Made by a program: the position numbers and the translations under genes | Notes under the pieces: generated by a model | Seen by the model: the letters and a program-made list of their open reading frames with translations, nothing else | Told to the model about the DNA's origin: nothing | Database searches by the model: none | Part shown: positions 10,063 to 22,200 of the stretch, in pieces | Layout of the letters: each line of letters begins with the position of its first letter | How positions within the stretch are numbered: position 1 is the first letter of the stretch | Source: Rebecca billardiae RCC1528 | Taxonomy: Eukaryota; Protista; Haptophyta | Reading direction: 5' to 3' | Assembly (NCBI GenBank): GCA_965240325.2 | Contig: OZ251235.1 | Span: 186,001 to 250,000 of the forward strand | DNA length: 64,000 bases

Positions 10063-11481
10063 ATGGCGGGCGCACATCACGAGCAAGGGACCCAACGGAT
10101 CTCGTGGTGGTCCTTACTGATCGTGCCCATCATAGTCGACAGCGCGGCGGCGCACTCCTTTGACGATCACGTGCCCTTGGAGACGCTCAATCCGCCTTTG
10201 CTCGCACCGGGCGCTCGTGCGCAGCGGTGTGCATTGAAGTACACGCCTGAAGTACTGGCTGAGCTCACGGGCATGGTGCGAGCCCAGCACGAGCGAGCGA
10301 TCCGCCGGGTGTTATTCGCCGCATTGTTGCGCGATGCCGCGTCAGTCATCGACGGCTGGAGCGTCGCGCTCGAGGAGGCCATCGAGCTGGTTGGGCGGGC
10401 GCGCGCGCACGTCTCGATTCTGGAGTCAGGCAGCTCGGATGCGACTCCCGCTGCCGTGGAGGCACTGGCACGGCGGCTGCGGAGCAACGGAGTCCGAACG
10501 TCGATCCGCACGCGCTACACTCCGCCTACGGCCCACCTCCCGTTTGTGCGGGGCGACCGGCGTCAGCACCGGATCCAGTACCTCGCAACGATGCGCAACG
10601 AGGTGCTCACGCCGCTGCTCGAGCGACCGGAGGCGTTCAGCCATGTCCTCTTCCTCAACGACGTGGTGTGGTGCGCGGGGGACGCGCTGCGGCTGCTCTT
10701 ACACAGCGTCGTGAGCGGCGCCAAGCTGGCGTGCTCACTCGATTTCGCAATCGTTACCGGCGCACCTGACGACTCCGGGAGGGCACGTATCAAGGGCACG
10801 TACGTGTACGACCAGTGGGTGCTGCGTGACATCCACGGCCGCGCCCAGCTCCCTTCGGAGTTGTATCGCCTCACCTGGCTCTCCGCGACATCTGCACCCA
10901 GCAAACGGCGGAAGAGCTGCCCCGAGGAGCCGGCGCCATGCCCAGAACTCTTTGAGCGCCCAGCACCAGTGTTTTCGTGTTGGAACGGGATCGCAGCCTT
11001 CAATGCTAGCGTCTTCGGCAGGGGTGTGCGTTTCCGCTGGAGCTCGGGCATGAGCCCAGCCGCGTTGCACGAGGAGTGCGACACGTCGGAGGCCTCCCTC
11101 CTGTGCAAGGACATGTGGCGCCTCGGCATGGGGCAGATCGTGCTCGACCCGGGTGTGCAGGTGGCGTACGAGGACTTGACGCACGCCCTCCGGCTGCGGC
11201 ACTTCTCAACGTCAGCAGCTGCTGTGCCGGCGCATCTGCCTCAGCTGGAGGCAGTGCGGCAGCCGCCAACTTGGGAATGCATTAGCCTGCCTGGCCCGGG
11301 TGAGTATGCGGCGGACAGCACTTCAAAACGGCTGGTGTCGCTCCGTCGAAACCATGGCGGTCTCGGCTACTCGCCGAACTGGAAATCGTGGCCACCAGTC
11401 GTTATGGCCACTGCCATGGCTGCTGCTGCTGGTGGTGCTGCGAGTGCGAGCCGTGCGTACTCCGTAAAGCCGTCGCCATAG
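10063..11481 (+). CDS. CAP59/CMT1-family (GT69) alpha-1,3-mannosyltransferase-like protein
   Basis: Family motifs ILESGSSDAT, RIQYLATMRNEVLTPL, VLFLNDVVWC, ACSLDF, YDQWVLRDIHG, PVFSCWNG, SEASLLCKDMW and DPGVQVAY. Hydrophobic N-terminal anchor after the ATG at 10063. Confidence 0.88.
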   Translation: MAGAHHEQGTQRISWWSLLIVPIIVDSAAAHSFDDHVPLETLNPPLLAPGARAQRCALKYTPEVLAELTGMVRAQHERAIRRVLFAALLRDAASVIDGWSVALEEAIELVGRARAHVSILESGSSDATPAAVEALARRLRSNGVRTSIRTRYTPPTAHLPFVRGDRRQHRIQYLATMRNEVLTPLLERPEAFSHVLFLNDVVWCAGDALRLLLHSVVSGAKLACSLDFAIVTGAPDDSGRARIKGTYVYDQWVLRDIHGRAQLPSELYRLTWLSATSAPSKRRKSCPEEPAPCPELFERPAPVFSCWNGIAAFNASVFGRGVRFRWSSGMSPAALHEECDTSEASLLCKDMWRLGMGQIVLDPGVQVAYEDLTHALRLRHFSTSAAAVPAHLPQLEAVRQPPTWECISLPGPGEYAADSTSKRLVSLRRNHGGLGYSPNWKSWPPVVMATAMAAAAGGAASASRAYSVKPSP

Positions 11482-11612
11482 GACCGCGCGCCCTTGCGAC
11501 ACTCCTCGCCCGCGTGCAGGCAGCAGCAGCAACGACTGTATTTACGACAGCAACGTATATATAATTTATTTGTTGCCATCATATCAACCGCCATCGCGTC
11601 GTCATGATGATG

Positions 11613-13167
11613 ATGGCGGGCCGTAGGTCCGCCCCTTGTAGTGCCCGGGAAAAAGATAAGAAAAAGAAAAGGAATAAAGAAAATCGCCTCACCAAGAAAA
11701 GAAAATCGCCTCGCTCACTACCGGGCGCCCTCGCAGCTCCCACTGGGGACGCTCGGCCGAAAAAGGGTTGCCCATGGCGCGGAGCGCATGGGCGGCGCGC
11801 GCCAAATCCAACGCCGGCGTGGACATCGCGCGAGGATTCCCTAGACGTGTTTTCGCCCGATTCGCGATTGCTGCCCTCGTCGTCTCGCGTGCAGGTCGAA
11901 CGGGGGCCAAATCGACCCGTTTGGAGCGGTACGCTCGGCGCGTCGACACGATCGTGCGACCTGGGGCGATCCTCGCCCGACGTGCACGTCGAAAGCTCGC
12001 ACCGGCCATAGCATCATGCGCTGCGCACGATGACCGCCTCGCGCGATCCACTGTCGCGCGTCGGGCTCGGTGCGAGAAAGCCCTCATCACGAGGCGTCTC
12101 GCGGGCGGGAAGCGCCTCGCACGCGACGCAAGATTTGGCGCGGCCTTCTGAACTCTCGCCGGAATCCGCGCACCGGACTCAGTCATTGCTCGCGGTCCGG
12201 TCCCTCAGCCGAAGCCCACGTCCGGCCTGCATGGCGTCGACGGTGACCAATGCGACGGAAGCGCAGCGCCAACGGCGTACGACGCGCAGCGGACGCACCT
12301 CCCGGGTCTGTCGCCGTGGCAGCAACCGCGTCATCGCGAGTTGGCGACCCTCGCCGCAGCGCGACACAGACAAGCCCGTGATGCCATCCGCAGAGAGATG
12401 AAACGTCGAGCATGCAACATCGCCGCGCCATGGCCTCGTCCATGGCGCAGGCGCTGCGGGACGAGGCGGAAGTCGTCACGCCGGTGACGGATGCGCTGCG
12501 ATTCATGTGCTCGCGTGAGCAGCGCTTGCCCACTCTCGATCGCGAGTGGCACACGCTGTCGCTGTGCGCGCGCGCGCGCACAACCAACAGCTCCTCGTGC
12601 CGCCGAGCACACGAGCGCCAGACCTGTCGAAGATGCGAAGAGCGACGACCGCGTAAACGTCAACGCGCTCGTGCTCAGCGTGGCGGCCGTGTACGACGTC
12701 AACGCGACCTGCGCCGAGCCCATCATGCCTGGAGCGGACACCGGCAAGCATCCTCGCGACGACCGCTCTCGGCTGGCAGGAGGACATGCACATGATCTAC
12801 TCTGGCGGCTTCGTCGGCGGCGAGGCGCTCGATTACGCCATCGCGGTCGACATGCGGCACATACAGCGCGTACCCGCGCTCGCGCGGAGCAACGGGCTAC
12901 CCGGCCCGCCCCGCGTGCTGCACATTCCCTCGTGGGTGTGGGGCCTCGCTGATGCGCATACGAGCAGTACATACAGACTGAGACCGGTGTAACTGTAGTG
13001 ACTGTACACGTCGGGGAGCCAACTTCACGTGTCACTGACAGTCCTTGCACTCGACTGTCCGTCACCCACGGCCACGAGCGAATGTGGAAAGACGCGAACC
13101 CGCAGAGGATACATTCCGACAGCACTGGCACGGCCCGCCGACCCCCCCGCCCGCCAGGGCACAGTTT
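11613..13167 (+). repeat. ~1.57-kb dispersed repeat 'A', copy 2 (inverted relative to copy 1)
   Basis: Inverted match to 636-2200; preceded by a short (ATG)n tract. Confidence 0.85.
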
Positions 13168-13280
13168 ATTATTCTGATGAGGCCGGAATGCCGGATTGGA
13201 CGATTGGTACTTTCCAACTTGCCTACAATGGATCATGAACAGCATCATCATGAACAGCATGGCGCCCGGCCGCCCGGCGA

Positions 13281-14309
13281 ATGGGAGTACACGTAGTGCC
13301 AAGTGCCTTGCTCTGTTGGCTCGCTGCCCTCGAGCCGCCGCGCGTCACGCTGGTCTCGGTCGGCATCGGCCGGGCATATGCGCCCACTCTCGGCCCGCTG
13401 AACGCGACCGCGGCTGCAGCCGGCTTCTCTCGTGTACAGCTGTGGACGAGCACCGATGAGTTGCTTGCCGACCCGATCGCTCGCGCGCACGCCGCCGAGA
13501 TGAGCACGCTCGCCTCGCAGCGCGGACGGCCGTACTGCAACGTGGGGAAGGGCATCGCGCTCCTCCGCGCGATGTCGAGCAGCGCCGACGGCGACTATGT
13601 CATGTGGGCCGATGCGTCGAAACACCACCCGACCAGCCTCGTAGGCGTCGACGTGCGCGCGGCCGTGGCCGCCCTCGCCGACACGCCACCGCACGCGCAG
13701 CTCGAGGAGATGCCTCGAAGCTCCGCATGGGCGCGTTGGATCCGCTCGCAGCCCTTCTCGCCGCCTACGCCCGCGTCTGACCGCCCGCCCGTCAGCGCGT
13801 ACGGCCTGGCTGCATGCCCTTTCAACTGCAGACGGCGGCTGTGCATGACCAACGGCGAATCGAGCAACGTGGGCGCGCGCACGCTGGCTGCGTACGCGCC
13901 GCTGATCGCGAACGCGAGCGCGCTCTTGTCCCAGCCGCACGTCCTCGACAGCAACATACTACTCCGCGTCGATGCGCGCGGCCGCGAGCTCGTGCGCGCT
14001 TGGGTGCAGATGGCGTGGGACTCCCCGGAGGGCTTCTGCTCGTCACACCCGCAGGACCAGTCTGCGTGGAGCGTGCTGGTGCACAACCGCTCGCTGCCGC
14101 TGATCAACGTGTGCGCGCACCTGGACGAGGGCTTCCGCGGCTTCGGAGTCGAGGGGGGCAGCTGCCACAAGACGAGCAAGAGCACGCCCTTCCTGCTGCG
14201 CGCCCTCGCAACGCGGCGCTTTACCGTGCTGCATGCCATGCGCACGGTCCATGGGGCGGGCACGTCGTACGTGCGCACGTGCCAGCCGTTCGGGCGGCGG
14301 CGCCGATGA
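13281..14309 (+). CDS. Putative secreted GT-A-fold glycosyltransferase-like protein
   Basis: Signal-like N-terminus. KGIALLRAM...DGDYVMWADAS (DxD-equivalent after a beta strand) and C-terminal HPQDQSAWSVL (DQS motif typical of several GT-A families). Confidence 0.55.
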   Translation: MGVHVVPSALLCWLAALEPPRVTLVSVGIGRAYAPTLGPLNATAAAAGFSRVQLWTSTDELLADPIARAHAAEMSTLASQRGRPYCNVGKGIALLRAMSSSADGDYVMWADASKHHPTSLVGVDVRAAVAALADTPPHAQLEEMPRSSAWARWIRSQPFSPPTPASDRPPVSAYGLAACPFNCRRRLCMTNGESSNVGARTLAAYAPLIANASALLSQPHVLDSNILLRVDARGRELVRAWVQMAWDSPEGFCSSHPQDQSAWSVLVHNRSLPLINVCAHLDEGFRGFGVEGGSCHKTSKSTPFLLRALATRRFTVLHAMRTVHGAGTSYVRTCQPFGRRRR

Positions 14310-15546
14310 CGCGCGGCTGACAGCAGTTCATGATATACTAGCAGGAGTAGGACTGAGGCTCCGGCGGCACCGCGGGCAAGCAGCAGGAGCCAGCAGCAAG
14401 GCCGGTCTGACTGACTGCCGTCTGCTCACTGGCACTCGTGTCACGGCTGCTCCGCCACGGTTGCTCAGCCGCGCCCACGACGCGCGGTCCGCGGTCGGCA
14501 TCGCCGGACCTCGTCCGAGCCGCGTGCGGCATGGTACTGATGACCACCCTGCATGTGAATTGCGAGCGGCTCATGAGAAAAGATACGTCTGGCATGGCAC
14601 ATGCAGGCCATGCTCCTCTTTTGGCACCTTGGCCCTTGGCCTTGCACGCAGTGTGATACACCCAAGTGGCAGTGCAAGCTGCACAACAACGTCGCTCCAT
14701 CGCTGCCAACGGCTCAGAGTAACACTCAACACGGTGCTCCTTTTGGCGACGGCTACACGTATTCGACTGTATCTTCATCGTATGACGTGCAGGCGCCTTC
14801 TATGAGGTCGCGAGGGTCTCGCCCTCACCGCCTCCTCCGCCGCCATAAAGACCGGCCGCAGCAGAGAGCCTCGATGGAGGCCGTTTTGAACGCGCTCGCG
14901 CGCGGCGAGGTGATCTGTGTAGGGTCGTTCGGCGCTGTGGGCGCCTCGAGGGCGTCAAGGTAGACCGCGCCCAAGCGGCTGTCGCCCCCTGGATCGGCCT
15001 CTCCGCGCCGTGCGAGGCCGCGGCGCGCGGGCGGTAGACGACCTCCTGTCTGACGGCCGAAGGTCCGAGTGGTCAAGCCCCAGTGCGTTTCGCCAGCGGC
15101 GCACGCCAGCCTGACGGGCCGCCGGGCCCCGCGTTTCCGCAAATGCGCGAAAATCTTTTTTTGCGTCGATTTCACGGTAGGCGACCACTCGGACCTGGCG
15201 CAGTCAGGAACAAGCTATGAGAGAGCCGCCGAAGCGGCCAGTCTTTATGCAGGCGACCCTTCGCTCGCGAGAGAATCTTGTCGAAGCTTGGAAGCCTGAT
15301 GTGATCGCCAGCCGCCGGCCGCCGCCGCCGTGCTGGACAGCAATTCTCCGCAGAGGCGACGACGATCGACACAAGATCAAGGCCCTTGAGAAGATGATGG
15401 CGGCTAAATATGGCGCGCTAATTCGCGTTCGTTCATCAAAGCCACTGAGAAGGAAGCTAGGGCGGGCGGAAGCAGCCCCGCTGCCTCCGCTACAAGCACA
15501 GGCGCGTCGCGCGCCGCAACCAGAAGGCATCGCCGCGCGCGTGGAG

Positions 15547-16404
15547 ATGGAGGAGGACCTCCGCACCATTGTGCTTGTCGGCGTGACGGGCGACGGAAAG
15601 TCGTCGACTGGCAATACCTTGTCCTCCCAGCCAGCATTTGAGGTGTCCGCCGGGCTCTCGAGTGAAACCTCCAAGTGCGCGCACGTGGACTACCTGGATG
15701 TGGGCGATGGGCTGCCGCAGTTCTACCGCGTGGTTGACACGATCGGGCTGCACGACACGAACCTCCCGGCCGATGAGGTCGTGGACCGCTTCAACACCTT
15801 CTCCGACTCCACGCCGCTCGGGATTGACGTGTTTTGCTTTGTCGTGCGCTGGGGCCGCTTCAAGCCGGAGCACGAAGCGGCGCTCTCGGCGTTCGCGGCG
15901 AACTGCGGCGACGCTGCGCTCGAGCACACGATCTTAGTCTTCACGCACTGCGCGGCCGCACAAGCCGACGTAGACCGCGCCATCGCCGAGACGGCGCCCT
16001 CCAGCCTGCGTGCGCTGCTGCCAGCGCTCGGCGGCGGCGTGATCGGCATCGACAACGTGGCGGACGAGGCGGGCGCGCGCCTGCGGCTACACGCGGCAGT
16101 GCGCGCGCTGGTCGACCAGAACGGGGGGCAGCGGTACGCGAACGAGGCGCTCGTCGCCGCGCGCCGACGCTTCGACAACCGCCGCGAAGCCGAGCGCGCC
16201 GAGTTCGCCGCGGCTGTCGCGGACTGGCGCAAAAGCAGCGGGCCTGTCACGATTGTGCGTGAGTGCAGCGGCGACGTCTCGGACGACGGCAGCGACGAGA
16301 TGGAAGAGGGCGATGGTCTGGTCGAGGGCGAGGGAGAGGAGGTGGGTGGTATGAGCAGGCTGGCAGAGACGACCGCTAAGCTCGAGCTGGGGAGCACGGC
16401 ATGA
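15547..16404 (+). CDS. AIG1/GIMAP-family GTPase (start could extend upstream within ORF 15217..16404)
   Basis: G1 VLVGVTGDGKSSTGNTL, G2 SSETSKC, G3 VVDTIGLHDT, conserved box GIDVFCFVVRWGRF, G4 TILVFTH, and a C-terminal helical region. Confidence 0.88.
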   Translation: MEEDLRTIVLVGVTGDGKSSTGNTLSSQPAFEVSAGLSSETSKCAHVDYLDVGDGLPQFYRVVDTIGLHDTNLPADEVVDRFNTFSDSTPLGIDVFCFVVRWGRFKPEHEAALSAFAANCGDAALEHTILVFTHCAAAQADVDRAIAETAPSSLRALLPALGGGVIGIDNVADEAGARLRLHAAVRALVDQNGGQRYANEALVAARRRFDNRREAERAEFAAAVADWRKSSGPVTIVRECSGDVSDDGSDEMEEGDGLVEGEGEEVGGMSRLAETTAKLELGSTA

Positions 16405-17043
16405 CGCAGCAGGCGTGCACGCGCCACGCCCCCGTGCGGCGGCGGCTCGTCAAGGACAAGTCACATCACATTCACATGCTGCCACATCAGCAGCCCCGGT
16501 GACATGCCCATCACCATGGCCATGGGCATGGAGTGATGGACGACGAATCACATCGGACCGCGCTGCTGGGCCATGGGCATGCAGCATTGACGGCCACTAC
16601 TATACTTGATATATAGCAGCTTCGGAAGCTACCGTTACTACTGTGTCTGTTACTGTTAGTGTTGGCGTATGACGGTACACTCACTGTAGTTATGTCGCAC
16701 TGTACGGTACACGCACGCCAACTATACGCCAAGTTCAGACGCCAACACGGTCTTACGGTCTTCACTGACACGGCGCGGACGGACAGTCACAGACACAGCG
16801 CGCGGTCGGCCGGCAGCCGGTTAGTCCGAGAGTGAGGCGCGGCGGTCCGTAAGACGGCCTGCCTGGCAGCTTACTGAGGCTGCCAGCTTAGCTGCGACCA
16901 GCTTGGGCTGGCACTATATACGGGCAGGCTGCCATCATATACGTATCGTCGTCGATCAGATCATATCGCTTAGTCTCAGATGAATTGTAGTCTGTCATGC
17001 CGGCGCCAGTGCAGCACGGCTAGCTCGGAGCTCAAGCCGGCGC

Positions 17044-18755
17044 TCAAGGCTGCCCCACCGCTTCCGTCGCTTCGGGCGCAGGCTTGACTGAGGCCGTAGT
17101 CTTGGGCACGGGCGGGGGCGTCGCTGCCCCTTCTTCGGAGAAGTCCGTCTGCGGCAGGAACATCGAGCCAAACACCGGGTAGTGCACGAGCGGCACGAGG
17201 AAGGAGATCGCGAGCACGCACAGCCCGTGGATCAGGAAGGGCGTGCGCGGGTCGGCGTCGTTGGCGTACGCGCGGTAGATGAAGCCCCACATCACCGCGC
17301 CGAAGTTGCCGCCGGCGCCGACGATGCCCGAGACCGGGCCGAGCGCCTTCAGGTGCTTGCCCACGTAGGGTACGACCGAGTACTGCGCGCCCTCCGCCTG
17401 ACGGGCCGCGAGGCGCCGCGCGCGCGGGGCGTGTGAGCGCGGCGCGGCGCGGCGGGCGAGGAGAGGCGCTTCCAAGGGGCACGCACGCGCGCGCGCACCA
17501 TCTGCACGCTGGTGGAGAACAGGATCAAGACGACCACAGCCGCGGGGAACTGCGTCGAGGGGATGCGCGAGAAGATGATGAGCATCAGCGCCTCCAGCGC
17601 CATCACGGCGAAGAAGACCCAGTGCCGGCCGCGGTGCGAGAACTTCTTGTTGGCGAGGTCGGACGCGATGCCGCCGAGCGAGCGCGCGAATAGGTTCATC
17701 AGGCCGAACAACGAGGCGGCAAGGCCAGCATCCTGCAGCGAGAGGCCGAAGTACTCGAAGAAGTAGAGCGCGAGCACGTTGTTCATCGTGAGCTCGGTGC
17801 CGAAGCAGCCGCCGTACAGGATGAAGAGGATCCACACGCGCGGGTCCTTGGCGCCCTCGAGGAACACCGTCAGGCCGTTCTGCTTCTTGCGCATGCCTGA
17901 CGCGTAGAGCTCCTTGAACTTGCCCTCCGGCACGTCGTCCGAGGTGAGGTAGAGCGCGATCCCCACGAAGAAGAGCAAAAACGCGGGCACGAGCACCGCC
18001 AGCCGCCACGCCAGGTCGTACCCGAACGAGATGAACCACGAGAGGACGAACGGCATGAACACCTGCGTGAAGCCGCCGCCCAGGTTGCCCCAGCCGGCGG
18101 AGGTGGCGTTCGCCGTGCCCACGACGTTCTTCGAGAACATCACCGACGTCCAGAACTGCGTGATCACGAAGCACGCGCCCATGCCGCCGATGAAGAAGCG
18201 GCTCGTGATGATGCCCACCGGCGTGGTCGAGAGCGCCGAGCCGGCGAGCGGGATCGAGAAGATCATCACCATGAACGCCTGCGAGAAGCGCGGGCCGTAG
18301 GTCTCCGCCCACGCGCCGACGAGGAAGCGCATCGCGATCGTGCCCGCCACAGACACGATGATCGACGTGCCCACCGCCTCGCGGCACGGCGGGCCGCACA
18401 CGCAGTCGCGCGGCGAATCGAACGACTCCCACCCACCGTTGGCGCACAGGCCGACGCTGACGCGCCACACCGCCGTGAGGGGCGCGAGGGCGAACCAGCC
18501 GGTGAACGCGAGAAAGAATGAAAGCCATGCGTAGTGGACTGTGCGGGAGCGGGGGGTGGGGTGGGTGAGAGGGCCGTGGACGCACGTGAGCGCGCGGCGG
18601 CGGGCGGTCCTGTGACTGGGCGTGGCGCGCGCGGCGACAAGGGTGCGCGCACATGCGCGCATGTGCGGGCGTTTGAACGAGTGCAGCTTGATGACCATCG
18701 CCTTCGACTCCACATCGACCGGGAGGTCGAACTCGCCCGCGGTTTCCTCCGTCAT
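17044..18755 (-). CDS. NRT2: High-affinity nitrate transporter (NNP/NRT2 family, MFS); introns 18539-18652 and 17398-17498
   Basis: Spliced sequence gives RPHMRAFHYAWLSFF, the nitrate signature VGTANATSAGWGNLGGG, YGGCFGTELTMNN, FGLMNLFARSLGG, VQMAEGAQYSVVP and VSGIVGAGGNFG. Confidence 0.95.
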
Positions 18756-19227
18756 GCTCGCGAGGGTGGGTTGCTGACGCCTGTTGATCCCTTCGCGCGC
18801 GTTCGGTTACGCACTTACGACCCCACCCTTTTGATGCCGATATTTGACAAAGGTATTTAGGACTAATCTCAGGGGCCCGCGGAAACTCAGAATGCTGCGA
18901 TTCCATATATGAGCTTTGATGAAGCGCGGGCCTGAACATATATCAGTAGTCATGTCACAACGATATAGGTGCAGCCTGAATCCGGATATATCGCCGGCTA
19001 CATCCCTTAACACTTTGCATCCCATATTGCGATTGAGCCTGAAAACAACGCCCTTCATAATCACCAACATGCTTCGAATCATAGTCTCCAGCCAATGCCG
19101 AATATGGGCGCTACTCTTATTAATCATCCATACCAAGACCATATAATTATTTCGGCCGTCCTAGACCCGCCCAGGCGACATTCACGAGACACGATGCGCC
19201 ATCCCGCGGCCGTGTCAGTGTGCCTCT

Positions 19228-22200
19228 TCAGAGTGAGCGTCGCCGGTGCCGCGAGCCGGCCGCCGGCGGCGTCTTTTGCGCGTGCTGCTCCGCCGAGCCG
19301 CGGCGCGTGCGCTGGCCGCCGGCGCCGCTGTGGTCGTCGCCGCCCGGGGCGGCCTCGAACATCTCAACTGCCGCGTCGCCCGAGTCGTCGCCGCCGCGCG
19401 CGCCATTATTCCCAGCGCCGCCGAGCGTCTGGCTGATGCGCGTGGCGGCGTTGGAGAACGCGCGGCGCAGCTTGAGCGCGGCCACCTGCGGCGTGCGGCT
19501 GCGCGCCATCGGCGTCTGCTGCTCGGACGCCCACGGCGGCGCGTACGCGGACGACGCGCGCGAGTTGGCGGTCGACGCGGGCGGCGTGAGCACGGGCTCG
19601 GGCGGGCTGAGGCGGTGGACCTGGTAGGACTGCACGCGGCCGATCAGCTCGCCCTGCTCGACGAGCGCCACCTCCTCGTGCGCCGTCAGCGCGTACTGCG
19701 GCAGCGCGTGGATCAGCGGCACCACCGCCTCGGAGATCACTACGCCGCCCGGCACGCCGTTCGCCTCGAGCGCGTTGCCCAGCAGCGCGTCGGTGCCGAA
19801 GACGTCGTACCGCAGCTTCTTGCGCCCGATCACGCCGGCGGTGACCGTGCCGTAGTGCACGCCGATCCGCATCTGCAGCGGCTTGCCGTGCGGCGCCTTG
19901 AACTCGGCGAGCGTCTGCACCATGTCGAACGCCATCTGCAGCATCGCGCCCGCGTGCCGCTGCGCGCGCTCGAGCGCAGACGTGTGCGCGCGCCGGCCGA
20001 GCCGCGCCTCCTCGGCGGCCTCGTCGTCGTAGCTCATGATGATGTACGCGTCGCCGATCGTCTGCACCTTGAACAGGTCGTGCTCGATCACGAGCGCGTC
20101 GAAGATCGTGTACAGCTCGGCGAGCGCCGAGATCACGGCGGCGGGGCTCGTCTCCGCGGCCATGGCGGTGAAGCCCACGATGTCCGAGTAGAGCAGCAGC
20201 ACGCCTGAGGGGGCGCGGGCAGAGAGGGGGCGCCGCTCGGCTCGGCGGCGCGCGTGCGCGAGGGCCGCGCGGAGGACGGCGGCGCGGGCGCGCCCGACGG
20301 GTGCGGGCGGCGCGCGCACCGTCGAGCTGGTCGGCGACCTGCACCTGCGCCTTGAGCTTGGCGACGACGGAGGCGGGCATCATGTCGTGCAGCAGCTCGT
20401 CCGTGCGCGCCATCTCCTTGTGCCTGCGCGCGCGCCGCCGCGGGCTGAGTGAGCAGCGGCCGCGCGCCGCGCGCCTCTCGCGGCGGCGCAGGTGCGGCCG
20501 CGCGTGCGGGGCCGCGCGCGCACTCCCTGTACAGCAGCAATTGCAGCCGCCGCTTCGAGTGCTCAGTCATGTAGCTCACGTACGACACAGCCACCAGCGT
20601 GGCGAAGACGAAGAGCACCAGCGTGTGCGCAGCGGGCTGGCGGGCGCTCCCGCCCAGCACGGCGCGCGCGCGCGCGTCGTGCGCGGCCGTGCCCAGCGCC
20701 GCGCCGCCGGCACCGCCGCCACCGGCACCGCCGCCGGCACCGGCGGCGCGCGCGCCGACCGCCTCGTCGGGGAAGCAGCCAAACGCGACGCCGAGCCCGA
20801 CCCACGCGCCAAACCAGCACGCGCTCAGCGCGGCCATCTCGACGAAGCCCACCCCGCCCGCCGACGAGACGAGCGCGGCGGAGAAGATGAGGAAGCCGGA
20901 CGAGTTGGCGCCGTACGTCGCGCCCTTGGCCACCTGCGCGGCCGGGATGAGCGCGCCGTACAGCGCGTACGCGCAGAGCACTGCCGCGCGGATGAGGCGG
21001 GCGAGGGCAGCGTGCGCCGCGCTCATCGTGAGCGGCGACTCGACCGGCCTGAGCGCCGTCGTCAGCGCGCACGCGCCGAGCAGCACGAGCGACGACGCCA
21101 TCGCGACGTGCGCCGACCCCTCCCTGCTCGGGTCCGTCGGCAGAGCCACCACGCCCTCGAGCACGATGAAGCACACCTGGCTGAGCGCAAACACCGCCGT
21201 CATGCGGCGCATCTCTGCGATGGAGCTGAGCGTGTGCGCGCGCGCGAACACCGGCTCGAGCAGCGCGGACGAGCTGGCGAAGCGCAGGTCCCACCGGCGG
21301 ATGTGCGCGGCCATCTCCGCGTCCGCGGCTGTGCGCGCCTCTGCGGACGGCAGCGCGCCGTCCTCCGCCGCCGACAGCTGTCGCAGCGCGGCCCACGCCA
21401 GCGCCATGCTACTCGCGCCACCGCTGAGATCGCCAGAGCCGCGACGCGAGCCGCTGCGCTGCTTCGCGCCGCGCCGCCGCCGCGCAGGCAGCCGCCACTC
21501 GAACGCGGCGGCGCTCGAGCCCGCGGACTCCGAGCCGGCAGCGGAGACGCTCGCTGCGCCGAGCAGCGACGGCCACGCGGGCGAGTGCCGCCCGCCTGCG
21601 CTGCCGCCGCCGGTGGTGGCGGCGGCGGCGGCGGCGGTGGCGGTGCACGCGTGTGCGGCAGCGGCGTGTGCGCGCAGCGGCGCGCGCACGTCCTCGCTCG
21701 GGACGTGCCCGGGAGTGCCCGCCGCGCCCTCGAGCGCCCCGTCTTCCGCGGGGCGCAGCTCCGCGTCCGAGCCCGTCGAGACGGCGGCGCGGCGCGCGCC
21801 CACCGCCAGCCTCGACAGCGCGCGCACGGCGGTCACGCCGGCGCGGCCGCGCATGCGCCTGCCGCCCGCGCCGCTGTCGGATGTGTGGGGACTGGGCCCT
21901 GCGGAGCTCTCGCTGTGGTACGCGCCCGCGCACTCGGGCGCGCGGCTGAGCAGCGCGCCGGGCAGCTGCAGCAGCGCCTCCTGCCACAGCCCGCCGCCGC
22001 CGCAGCTCCCGCTCCGGCTGTGCCCGCCGCCGCCGCCGCCGCCGCTGCCCCCAAACGGGAAGCGAGGCGGGCGCGGGCTCGGCCGGCCGCTGCTTCCGCG
22101 GGAAGTCTCGCCGCCGCTCGGCACGCCGTCGAGCAGGACGGGCGAGGCGGGCGGGCGCGAGGGCGGGCGCGGCTGCCGCTCGCTCACCAGGTAGGTCACC

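Noticed and set aside
13174-13197. Hammerhead-ribozyme-like CTGATGAGGCCGGAATGCCGGATT next to repeat A copy 2
   Set aside because: The required GAAA core is replaced, stem II is mismatched, and stems I/III could not be found; it also lies outside the shared repeat.
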